This document shows, piece after piece, positions 1 through 7,800 of a stretch of DNA of 64,000 nucleotides. The notes beneath the pieces are model-generated. The model saw only the letters and a list, made by a program, of their open reading frames with translations. It had not been told where the DNA came from and did not search any database. Positions within the stretch are counted from its first letter, which is position 1. Every line of letters begins with the position of its first letter. The DNA is from Akkermansiaceae bacterium (GTDB taxonomy: Bacteria > Verrucomicrobiota > Verrucomicrobiia > Verrucomicrobiales > Akkermansiaceae). Made by a program: the position numbers and the translations under genes. The stretch covers positions 1 through 64,000 of the forward strand of contig JBPOGF010000016.1 in NCBI GenBank assembly GCA_051251915.1. Direction: 5' to 3'.

Positions 1-8
1 TTAACCTC

Positions 9-69
9 GGGCTTGCCAGCCCAAACCCGCCCAAGCGGATGCCCGCTTGACCCCAGTTATTGGGGGATG
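9..69. repeat. Three-hairpin structured repeat, copy 1 (related copy at 40068-40129)
   Basis: GGGCT-tgcc-AGCCC aaacccgcc CAAGCGG-atgc-CCGCTTG a CCCCA-gttat-TGGGG; aligns by eye with 40068-40129. Confidence 0.75.
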
Positions 70-122
70 TAGACTATAGAAAATTAAAAATCAAGAGAAT
101 CACTAGACAAACCTTCTCATGG

Positions 123-241
123 AAGACGCATCACCGAATCTCTGACCACGCCGTTTTAGTTTAAGTTTAATGACAATTACAACACTTAACTCAGTATCAA
201 CACTCGCTCTCAGTCAGAGATAGGTGTGCTTTACGTTAGCG
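123..241 (+). mobile_element. Integron attC-like recombination site with degenerate R'' box
   Basis: Imperfect inverted repeat gcatcaccgaatctctgac (128-146) / gtcagagataggtgtgc (213-229) with unpaired bases, ending in the GTT core GTTAGCG (235-241) 10 nt before an ATG; no RYYYAAC at the left end. Confidence 0.65.
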
Positions 242-251
242 AAAGAATTTC

Positions 252-1283
252 ATGAGCCGATCTGCCCCAAATCCTAATTCAAAGGCCTACCGGAACTCTG
301 AGTGGTATCGGCGCTGGAGCAGCTGTGAGTGGAGATCCCGGTTGTTGCATCTCATTAGGAATGGCCAAATTGACGCTGACCATCCATGCGTAGACTCACT
401 ATTCGATCTTAGAGGAATCAATCTACATAACAAGAAGCTGCCCACAATCGTCTTCGAGAATTGTCTATTTTTCGATTCTGAATTACGTTCCGCAGTCCTC
501 ACTAAGGCTTCATTTGATGGTTCGGAGATAGCACAGAGTTACTTCAACGGGGCAAAGCTCTACGGATCAAGCTTTCAAGGTGGGGTTCTCAATGGAGTGA
601 ATTTTAATGGTGCTAATCTTTGTGGCGCCAACTTTGACAACGCAGTCGTTCGAGGTTGCTCATTTGACTCTGCCAACCTCAAGGGAGTTTCCTTTGCCGC
701 CGCAACTCTCGAGAACGTAAGTTTTCTTGGAGCAAAGGGACTAGGACAATTGGCATCCCTGCCCTGGTCAATCGATTCGCTGGCCCTGTTCTATAACGAT
801 CTAGAGAACTGTCGGCAGAGTGAATTTGAACGGTATATTGAAGGAAATCTTAAAAAGGTAATTATGAAATATAAATATGATGTAGCCATTTCATTCGCAG
901 GTGAGGATCGTGATTTGGCGGAAAAAATTGCCGCTAAACTCAAATCAAAAGGAAAGCGAGTGTTTTATGACGAATACGTTAAGAGTGAGCTTTGGGGGAA
1001 AGATCTTTATACCCATTTGTCGGAAGTTTATCACAAGTCAGCAAGGTTCTGCGTGGTATTAGTCTCCGCGCACTACGCCAGAAAAAACTGGACTACCCAT
1101 GAAAGGCGCGCCGCTCAGGCGCGAGCTTTCGAAGATCGCTCTGACTACATCTTGCCAATTAGACTAGATGATACCAAGATCGCAGGAATACTGCCTACCA
1201 CCGGATATCTGGAATACCCTAAGACGAATGTCGACGAGATTGTGCGTCTTTTACTCGAAAAGATTGGCTCGAAGACCATCTAA
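252..1283 (+). CDS. Pentapeptide-repeat protein fused to a C-terminal TIR (TIR_2-type) domain; integron gene cassette
   Basis: A(N/D)(L/F)xx repeats (ANLCG ANFDN, ANLKG); TIR motifs YDVAISFAGED, VFYD, LVSAHY, WTTHE (catalytic Glu position), ILPIRLD. Confidence 0.9.
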   Translation: MSRSAPNPNSKAYRNSEWYRRWSSCEWRSRLLHLIRNGQIDADHPCVDSLFDLRGINLHNKKLPTIVFENCLFFDSELRSAVLTKASFDGSEIAQSYFNGAKLYGSSFQGGVLNGVNFNGANLCGANFDNAVVRGCSFDSANLKGVSFAAATLENVSFLGAKGLGQLASLPWSIDSLALFYNDLENCRQSEFERYIEGNLKKVIMKYKYDVAISFAGEDRDLAEKIAAKLKSKGKRVFYDEYVKSELWGKDLYTHLSEVYHKSARFCVVLVSAHYARKNWTTHERRAAQARAFEDRSDYILPIRLDDTKIAGILPTTGYLEYPKTNVDEIVRLLLEKIGSKTI

Positions 1284-1300
1284 ATATAAACGCTGCGCTA

Positions 1301-1360
1301 ATCGGGTAGGCAGGGGATTCTAACCCCCGCCCCCCGCAACACCGGCCATACGGGTCCGTA
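1301..1360 (-). mobile_element. Group IIC intron 3' remnant (partial domain V plus domain VI)
   Basis: Minus strand reads TACGGACCCGTATGGCCGGTGTTGCGGGGGGCGGGGGTTAGAATCCCCTGCCTACCCGAT, the typical class C DV/DVI ending in CCGAT; no RT ORF remains. Confidence 0.8.
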
Positions 1361-1436
1361 TTTCAATGTCTGATTGAAGCTCATAGAGTTCTTTTATGTC
1401 TTATTCATCAACCATTTCCCTCGCCACCTGATTGCT

Positions 1437-2720
1437 TTAAATGCTGGCGTGGCAGTTCTTGAGTTCGTCTAGGTCGTGGTTGTTTGGGTAGTGTTGGGTG
1501 CAGTCTTGTAGGAGGAGGTCTGCGTGTTTGGTGATGGCGATGGTGAACTCGTCTGGGGCTTTTTTATGGCTTAGATTAACGAGGGTTTTCATGAGTTGGA
1601 TGGATACGGATTCGATCTCTCTGGAGTTTTGTCTGATCTGGTAGAATGCGCTGTCTACGAGGCCGCGGTAGCTGTAGGTTTCTATGGCTAGTCTTAGCTT
1701 GCCGTCCTCATCGTGGATCATGCCTCCGGGGAGTCCTGTTTCGGTGATGAGCATGAGTGAGGTGGAGAGCTTGTGGATGCAGTTGATGGCGGTGAATGGG
1801 TCGTTGATGCCTTTTGACATGGCTCTGACTGCGACTTCGACGAGTTGGTCGATAGCGAATTCGATGTCTTGGGTTTCGGTGCGTTCGCAGCCGGTGAGCA
1901 TGGCGTTGTTGATTTGGTCATCGATCTTTTCCCAGGCGTCTTCAGGCTTCCAGACTGTGGCGATGAGGTCACCTTTGAGGAGGTAGGTGCCGGGTTTCTG
2001 GTGGATGCGGACTACGGCATCATGAGTGGTGGCGTGTGAGAATATGGTGCCTAGGTTGATGGCTTGTAGGTAGTCTGATTTATTGCTGTGGATATGGATA
2101 GGAGAGTGGTGGATCTCTGGTAGTGAGCCTACTTTCATGGAGTAGGTGATGTCGTCAGGGAGTGCATTGAGCGGGAATATGGAGTCGCTGCAGTTATCAA
2201 TCTGTGTGGCTACGCCGTTGATGATTCTGGAGGCTTGTAGGAAGTGTGTGACGTGGTGGATGAAGGCGATGAGAAGGCCGAAGCTGAGAAGGCCGAGTAT
2301 GCCGCCGAGGGTGACTGAGAGCTGGGGGACCCATCCTGTATCACCTTCGCGTATGGTGGCGGTGACCATGATGCAGTAGATGAAGATGCCGATGTACCCG
2401 CCGAGGACAATTTTAGTCTGAACCTGGCGGATGAAGTTTCTCATGAGCCTGGGGCCGAATTGGTTGGCTGCGCTGGAGAGGACTACCATGGTGATGGAGA
2501 AGACGACACCTGCGACGGTGATGGAGGAGGCGGCTATGGTGGAGAGGATGGCTCTGGCTCCTGATGCATCTGTGAGTGACCATTTGAGGTCTGAGTAGTA
2601 CCAGATGTCAATTTTCTGGGCCACGTAGCCCATGATGATGCCGGCTAGGGCCATGAGGGAGGGGATGAGCCAGAAGCTGCTTTTCATGGCAGATTTTAAC
2701 CGCTGGAGGTGAACTTTCAT
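1437..2720 (-). CDS. DUF2254 family membrane protein
   Basis: N-terminal TM helices; motifs QFGPRL, QDIEFAIDQLVEVAVRAMS-GINDPFTA. Confidence 0.85.
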   Translation of the reverse strand: MKVHLQRLKSAMKSSFWLIPSLMALAGIIMGYVAQKIDIWYYSDLKWSLTDASGARAILSTIAASSITVAGVVFSITMVVLSSAANQFGPRLMRNFIRQVQTKIVLGGYIGIFIYCIMVTATIREGDTGWVPQLSVTLGGILGLLSFGLLIAFIHHVTHFLQASRIINGVATQIDNCSDSIFPLNALPDDITYSMKVGSLPEIHHSPIHIHSNKSDYLQAINLGTIFSHATTHDAVVRIHQKPGTYLLKGDLIATVWKPEDAWEKIDDQINNAMLTGCERTETQDIEFAIDQLVEVAVRAMSKGINDPFTAINCIHKLSTSLMLITETGLPGGMIHDEDGKLRLAIETYSYRGLVDSAFYQIRQNSREIESVSIQLMKTLVNLSHKKAPDEFTIAITKHADLLLQDCTQHYPNNHDLDELKNCHASI

Positions 2721-2726
2721 GATGAT

Positions 2727-4142
2727 TTAGTTTGCGAGTTCTTCAGCGAGGTCCTCGGCTGGGTAGGTCCAAATTTCGCTTAGGGTAGGGTGGTAGTGTG
2801 GGATCTTTAACAGCTGCTGGGCAGTGGCGCCGAAGGACATGGCTACTACGATTTCGTGGATGAGTTCTACGGCTTCTGGGCCGATGACTGATCCGCCGAT
2901 TATTTTTCCGGTGTCCTTGGCTGCGAGGAGTTTGACAAAGCCGTGTTCGGTTCCATGGACCATTGATTTTCCGTGGTCGTTGAATGGGTAGGTGGCTACT
3001 GAGTAGTCGATGCCTTGCTTGGTGGCATCTACTTCTGATAGGCCGATTGCTGCGATTTGTGGCTCGGTGAAGATGCCGTAGAGTGAGAGGGTGTAGTCGA
3101 CTTTGGCGGGTTTGTTAGGCTCGTCGCTGAGTTGTTGGAGGATGTTTTTGGCGGCGGCTTCTGCTTGGATGATGGCTAGGTGGACTACGTCTAGGGGGCT
3201 GCATATGTCACCGGCGGCGAAGATGTGGGGTTGGCTTGATTGCATGGTGTTGTCGACCTTGATTTTGCCTTTGTTGAGTTCAATTTTAGCATGGTCGCAT
3301 CCGAGGTTGTTAGAGTTAGGTTTTCTTCCTAGGGCGCAGAGGATTTCTGCTGATGTGACTTTGGTGTCGTGGCCTTTTTGTTTGAAATGCACTGTTTTTT
3401 GGTTGCCGTCTTTAGTGACGCTTTGGATGTCTGTATCGCAGAATATTTTGACGCCGATGGCTTCGAGTGCGGCTTGGATTTCTTTGGCGATATCTGCATC
3501 CATGTTGGAGAGTAGTTGGTCGCTGCGCTGGATGATGGTGACTTTGGTCTGGCAGGCGGCGTAGTAGTAGGCTAGCTCTAAAGCGATGGCTCCGCCTCCT
3601 AGAATGGTGATGGATTCAGGTAGTGACTGTGCTGTTAGAACGTCATTACTGGTTAGGAATCCGGTTTCTGTTAGACCTTGGATGTCAGGGACGAAGACTT
3701 TAGAACCACTTGCGACGACGAAGTGAGATGCGGATAGTGACTGAGTGCTGCCGTCTTTATGAGTGATTGAAACTGTGTGTGGGGCAGTGAAGGTGGCGGT
3801 GCCTCTGATGAGATCAAATTTTCCGTTTTCGAGCTGTTGTTGTCGGTAACCTTTGAAGTCATTGATGAGTTGATTTTTTCTTTCTATTACGGCTTTGGTA
3901 TCGATCGTGGGGTTCTGGACTGAGATACCAAATTTGTCCGCTTCTAGGATGTGATGGAATCTTTTAGCGGATTCAATGATGGCTTTACTCGGCATGCAGC
4001 CGCGCAAGATACAAAGTCCACCTAACTCATTAGCTCCATCAATAATAGCTGTCTTAGCACCTGAGTCACTAGTAGCTCTGGCAGCAGCGTAGCCTGCACT
4101 GCCTCCTCCGATGACGATGACCTGATAATCAAATTTTTCCAT
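2727..4142 (-). CDS. Class I pyridine nucleotide-disulfide oxidoreductase (dihydrolipoyl dehydrogenase/mercuric reductase family)
   Basis: GGGSAG FAD motif, GGLCILRGCMPSK redox dithiol, GGGAIALE, AAGD, HPTLSE. Confidence 0.9.
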   Translation of the reverse strand: MEKFDYQVIVIGGGSAGYAAARATSDSGAKTAIIDGANELGGLCILRGCMPSKAIIESAKRFHHILEADKFGISVQNPTIDTKAVIERKNQLINDFKGYRQQQLENGKFDLIRGTATFTAPHTVSITHKDGSTQSLSASHFVVASGSKVFVPDIQGLTETGFLTSNDVLTAQSLPESITILGGGAIALELAYYYAACQTKVTIIQRSDQLLSNMDADIAKEIQAALEAIGVKIFCDTDIQSVTKDGNQKTVHFKQKGHDTKVTSAEILCALGRKPNSNNLGCDHAKIELNKGKIKVDNTMQSSQPHIFAAGDICSPLDVVHLAIIQAEAAAKNILQQLSDEPNKPAKVDYTLSLYGIFTEPQIAAIGLSEVDATKQGIDYSVATYPFNDHGKSMVHGTEHGFVKLLAAKDTGKIIGGSVIGPEAVELIHEIVVAMSFGATAQQLLKIPHYHPTLSEIWTYPAEDLAEELAN

Positions 4143-4147
4143 CCCTG

Positions 4148-4175
4148 ACCTTACTCGTTATAATGATGATTTCAA
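4148..4175 (-). promoter_or_regulatory. Putative sigma70 promoter giving a leaderless transcript
   Basis: Minus strand TTGAAA-N16-TAAGGT-N5-ATG(4142). Confidence 0.55.
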
Positions 4176-4317
4176 GTTAATGTCAGTTGACGGGAGGTAA
4201 GTGACTGTATTTGTTAGAAATTAAGTAAGGTGAGCAGCGGGAAGTGGTTTTAATATTTTATTTCTTTTTAAAATCCTCGTTGACAATTTGGTAAGCGAGT
4301 TCAACATTGAGTTATCA

Positions 4318-4398
4318 CTACAACGTTGTGGAGATATGATAATTACCTTTAAGGGGATTTCTTATTTAGCACAACGTCCAACTTTGTAGGGGGTTTTT
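4318..4398 (+). promoter_or_regulatory. Structured 5' leader or small RNA upstream of the stress operon
   Basis: ctacaa(4318-23)/ttgtag(4384-89) and cgttgtg(4324-30)/cacaacg(4370-76) close a long imperfect hairpin followed by a T-rich tract; TTGACA at 4280-4285. Confidence 0.4.
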
Positions 4399-4433
4399 GT
4401 TAGGTAGGAATAAACTAACCAAACAAAACCTAT

Positions 4434-4874
4434 ATGAAAAACGAAGATTGTATTAAATTATGCAACGGCCTGTTGGCTGGTGAGCGCTCTGCGGTGGAGG
4501 CTTATGATATTGCGATTAAGAAATTTTCAGATATTCAACCTTTGGTAGAGCTAAGTGCTATAAGGAATGAGCATGTAAAAGCAGTCCAAGCGCTCGATGA
4601 ACGTATCACTCAAATGGGTGGTGAATCTGAAGATAGTAGCGGTATTTGGGGGACTTTCGTGAAGGGCATCCAGCACACTGCCAATTTATTTGGAGAAGAG
4701 TCAGCGATTGAGTCGTTAATCAAGGGCGAAGAATTTGGGCTGGACGAGTATGAGGTTGCGCTTAAGCAAAGTTATCTGGAACCAGATTGCCGACTTCTTA
4801 TTCAAACTAAGCTCATTCCTAAGATACAAGAGCATCTTGTTTTGTTGGATAAATTAGAGGAGATTGTTGACTAA
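4434..4874 (+). CDS. PA2169/DUF2383 family four-helix-bundle (ferritin-like) stress protein
   Basis: LLAGERSAVEAY...EH...L..RI..MGGE..DSSG.WG...GEE.GL..YE pattern. Confidence 0.8.
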   Translation: MKNEDCIKLCNGLLAGERSAVEAYDIAIKKFSDIQPLVELSAIRNEHVKAVQALDERITQMGGESEDSSGIWGTFVKGIQHTANLFGEESAIESLIKGEEFGLDEYEVALKQSYLEPDCRLLIQTKLIPKIQEHLVLLDKLEEIVD

Positions 4875-4943
4875 AAAAAACAACGATTTTTTAGAGCATA
4901 TCAGTCGTAATTTCTTTTCTTTTTTTAGCGAGCTAGCTAGATT

Positions 4944-5546
4944 TTGAGTATGCCTACCACACTAAATATTAATGAAAAAAAAGTGATTGTTGCCCATGAA
5001 GATAAGCTGCTCTGTGACGAACTTACATCTATGCTTAAGAAGATAGGTTATGGGATTATTTCGCAGGTTAATACATTAGATGATCTTAAGTTGGCGGCGT
5101 TGAAAAACACACCAGATTTGATTGTGACCGGCATTAATTTTAATGGAATTAATGTGGTGGATACGCTCATTGAAATAGCGGATGAAAACCCGCTGCCGGC
5201 AGTGATCGTTGCAAAGAATTTAGAAATTGAGGATATAGAGAAAGCGATGGAAGACCATGTGATGGGGTATCTGGTAGATCCTGTGGATCAGACAGATCTG
5301 GAATCAACCTGTTACCTTGTTTTACGAAGATTTGAACAATTTCAGGAGCTCAGATTAGAAAACATAGAACTAAAGGAGGCTCTTGTAGCACGTAAGAAGA
5401 TAGAACGGGCAAAAGGAATCATCATGGAGAAATACCAGCTTACAGAAGAAGAAGCTTACTTGCGAATTCGCAAGGCGGCGACGAAAAGAAGGATTAAATT
5501 AACAGAGGTGGCAGACATAATAATCGATGCTACTGTTACTGAATAA
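4944..5546 (+). CDS. ANTAR-domain regulator with a pseudo-receiver domain (AmiR/NasT-like)
   Basis: C-terminal RKKIERAKGIIM...EEEAY..IRK.A ANTAR motif; receiver-like N-terminus; likely start is the ATG at 4950. Confidence 0.9.
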   Translation: MSMPTTLNINEKKVIVAHEDKLLCDELTSMLKKIGYGIISQVNTLDDLKLAALKNTPDLIVTGINFNGINVVDTLIEIADENPLPAVIVAKNLEIEDIEKAMEDHVMGYLVDPVDQTDLESTCYLVLRRFEQFQELRLENIELKEALVARKKIERAKGIIMEKYQLTEEEAYLRIRKAATKRRIKLTEVADIIIDATVTE

Positions 5547-5601
5547 ACTTTACCAAAAAACAGAAGTTAAACTCCCAAATAAACTAACCAAACCTAAAAA
5601 C

Positions 5602-5814
5602 ATGAAAATAAAAAATATAATACTAATCGCTCTCGGAAGTGCTGCTGCACTGACTGTAGTATCATGCGAGAAAAAAGGACCTGCTGAAAAAGCTGGTGAG
5701 AATATGGATGAAGCAGTTGAGGACACTAAGGACGCAGCTGAAGATGCCAAAGATGCCACCAAGGACAAAATGGAAGAAATGGGTGACAAGATTGAAGACG
5801 CAACCGATAATTAA
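5602..5814 (+). CDS. Small acidic lipoprotein (general-stress type, 70 aa)
   Basis: MKIK...ALTVVSC lipobox, then [20 protein letters not shown] at 5602 preferred over the track start at 5527. Confidence 0.8.
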   Translation: MKIKNIILIALGSAAALTVVSCEKKGPAEKAGENMDEAVEDTKDAAEDAKDATKDKMEEMGDKIEDATDN

Positions 5815-5822
5815 ATTATATT

Positions 5823-5975
5823 ATGTTGCATTGGTCACTCGTATTTTTAGTTGTGGCGCTTATTGCCGCCGTTCTTGGATTTTCAGGCATAGCAGGAACC
5901 TCTGCAGGGATTGCCAAAATCCTATTCTTTGTATTCCTCATTGTGTGGATTATTTCTTTCATCACGAAGAAGTAG
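5823..5975 (+). CDS. DUF1328/UPF0391 small membrane protein (50 aa, not in ORF track)
   Basis: Manual translation [50 protein letters not shown] matches the family signature. Confidence 0.9.
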   Translation: MLHWSLVFLVVALIAAVLGFSGIAGTSAGIAKILFFVFLIVWIISFITKK

Positions 5976-6013
5976 TTATTCATAACGAGTAAACAGAGAA
6001 TCATCATATCACT

Positions 6014-6046
6014 AAAATCTTGTAGCAATGCTGCAAGATTTTTTTT
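6014..6046 (+). terminator. Intrinsic terminator
   Basis: aaaatcttgtagc-aat-gctgcaagatttt plus T run. Confidence 0.8.
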
Positions 6047-6300
6047 GTTAAGTGGTTGGAGTGATGTGCTTAAGGGGGGGGCTTAGTGGTGAAATGGTAG
6101 TTGTGAGGTTGGGGTGGATCAGGTGGTGGTGGGTGTGGAGGGGCAATCATTTGGTGAAACTGGTTGATTATGAAAATAATTCATGTAAAACATCCATGTT
6201 ATTAATCGAGTTGCGGTGATTTGGTGTGAATTTAGAATCACTCATCGGCGCAGATTGATCCATTAAAACCTAATATTTATCAGATAACCAATCCTTAATT

Positions 6301-7539
6301 ATGTTCCCACTACTAGCTGCAATCAACTCTGGCGATACTGCCTGGATCCTCACTGCCACTGCGTTGGTTTTATTTATGACGATGCCAGGTTTGGCGCTTT
6401 TTTATGGTGGTCTGGTGCATGCTAAAAATGTGTTGTCTGTGATGGCTCAGTGTGCGGGGATAGCATGTTTGGCGTCTATTTTGTGGGTGGTGGCTTTGTA
6501 TAGTTTGGCGTTTAGTGGTGGTGGTGATGGTAGCTGGATAGGGAATTTAGATAAGGCATTTTTGAATGGAGTGACGATGGAGACTACTGGTGGTGGTGAT
6601 ATTCCTGAGACTTTATGGGTGATGTTCCAGATGACGTTTATCATCATAACTCCGGCACTTTATGTGGGTGCTGTGGTGGAGCGGATGAAGTTTGGGGCGA
6701 TTATGTTGTTCACAGCTCTGTGGATAGCACTTGTTTACACCCCTGTGTGCCATTGGGTCTGGGGTGGTGGTTGGCTAGGTGAGATGGGAGTGAGAGATCT
6801 TGCTGGTGGAATAGTGGTGCATGCTACGGCTGGTATTTCAGCACTGATTATGGCTATTATGCTTGGTAAGCGCAGAACGTTTCCGAAGCATCCGCATCCT
6901 CCGCATAATCCGGGGATGGTATTTATAGGGGCGGCGATGTTGTGGGTTGGTTGGTTTGGATTTAATGCGGGGAGTAATGTGAGTGCTGGTCAGGGGGCAG
7001 GGATGAGTATGCTGGTGACACATCTTTCAGCTGCGACTGCTGCATTGGTTTGGGCGCTGTTAGAGCGTGTTCTTCATGGGAAATCTGGTTTAGTGGGTAT
7101 GGTGACTGGCTTGATAGCTGGTCTTGCTACGATCACTCCTGCGTCTGGGGATGTGGGGCCTATGGGGGCGATTTGTATTGGTGCGCTGGCTGCGGTGGTT
7201 TGTTATTGGGCGGTGAGTATTATCAGGAATAAGTTAGAGATTGATGATTCACTTGATGTGTTTGCAGTGCATGGTGTGGGTGGTATTCTGGGGACGATTT
7301 TGTTGGCATTCTTCGGGCAAAAGTCGCTGGGGGGATTGGGGATTGTGAAGCCTGCGATGGAGCAACTAGGGATTCAGTTGTTGGCTCTTGGGGTGACGAT
7401 TGTTTGGTCTGGGATAGCGACGGTGGTTATTATGATACTTGTTAAGAAGACGATCGGTGTTCGTGTGAGCGAAGAGGATGAAGAGCGTGGTCTGGATCTA
7501 GCTGAGCATGGAGAGAGTGCTTATAGCGAGATGCCGTAG
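6301..7539 (+). CDS. amtB: Ammonium transporter
   Basis: FQMTFIIIT, HWVWGGGWL, DLAGGIVVH, LWVGWFGFNAGS, IDDSLDVFAVHGVGG, GLDLAEHGE. Confidence 0.97.
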   Translation: MFPLLAAINSGDTAWILTATALVLFMTMPGLALFYGGLVHAKNVLSVMAQCAGIACLASILWVVALYSLAFSGGGDGSWIGNLDKAFLNGVTMETTGGGDIPETLWVMFQMTFIIITPALYVGAVVERMKFGAIMLFTALWIALVYTPVCHWVWGGGWLGEMGVRDLAGGIVVHATAGISALIMAIMLGKRRTFPKHPHPPHNPGMVFIGAAMLWVGWFGFNAGSNVSAGQGAGMSMLVTHLSAATAALVWALLERVLHGKSGLVGMVTGLIAGLATITPASGDVGPMGAICIGALAAVVCYWAVSIIRNKLEIDDSLDVFAVHGVGGILGTILLAFFGQKSLGGLGIVKPAMEQLGIQLLALGVTIVWSGIATVVIMILVKKTIGVRVSEEDEERGLDLAEHGESAYSEMP

Positions 7540-7568
7540 AGCTCATTTACTGGATTGAAAATCATTGA

Positions 7569-7602
7569 GAACCCGCTAATCATTATTTTGGTTAGCGGGT
7601 TC
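7569..7602 (+). terminator. Stem-loop/probable terminator after amtB
   Basis: gaacccgctaatca...tggttagcgggttc. Confidence 0.55.
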
Positions 7603-7800
7603 ATGGTTTGGTGGCCTTGTGCGTGACTTATGAGACTTGTGAAGAAGGTTAGATTTAAATCCTGGGTGTGTTTTGTGTTGGGGACGATTTCAGGTAACTT
7701 GCTTAGATATTTGTTGTCTCTAATCTAGCTTGATGTTTGAGGAGGGCATGAATGATGAGAGGCATTGACTCTGGGGGAGGAGTGGGTAATTCTTTAGCGC

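Noticed and set aside
2727..4142. Calling the oxidoreductase merA or lpdA
   Set aside because: No C-terminal Cys-Cys pair or mer genes, and no 2-oxoacid dehydrogenase context; only the family is supported.
5696..5992. 98-aa track ORF over the stress cluster
   Set aside because: Overlaps the lipoprotein and the DUF1328 gene, both of which have clear family signatures in other frames.
6024..6035. GC-AATGCT-GC as an ANTAR hairpin upstream of amtB
   Set aside because: Single hairpin inside a much stronger ordinary terminator; no second hairpin.
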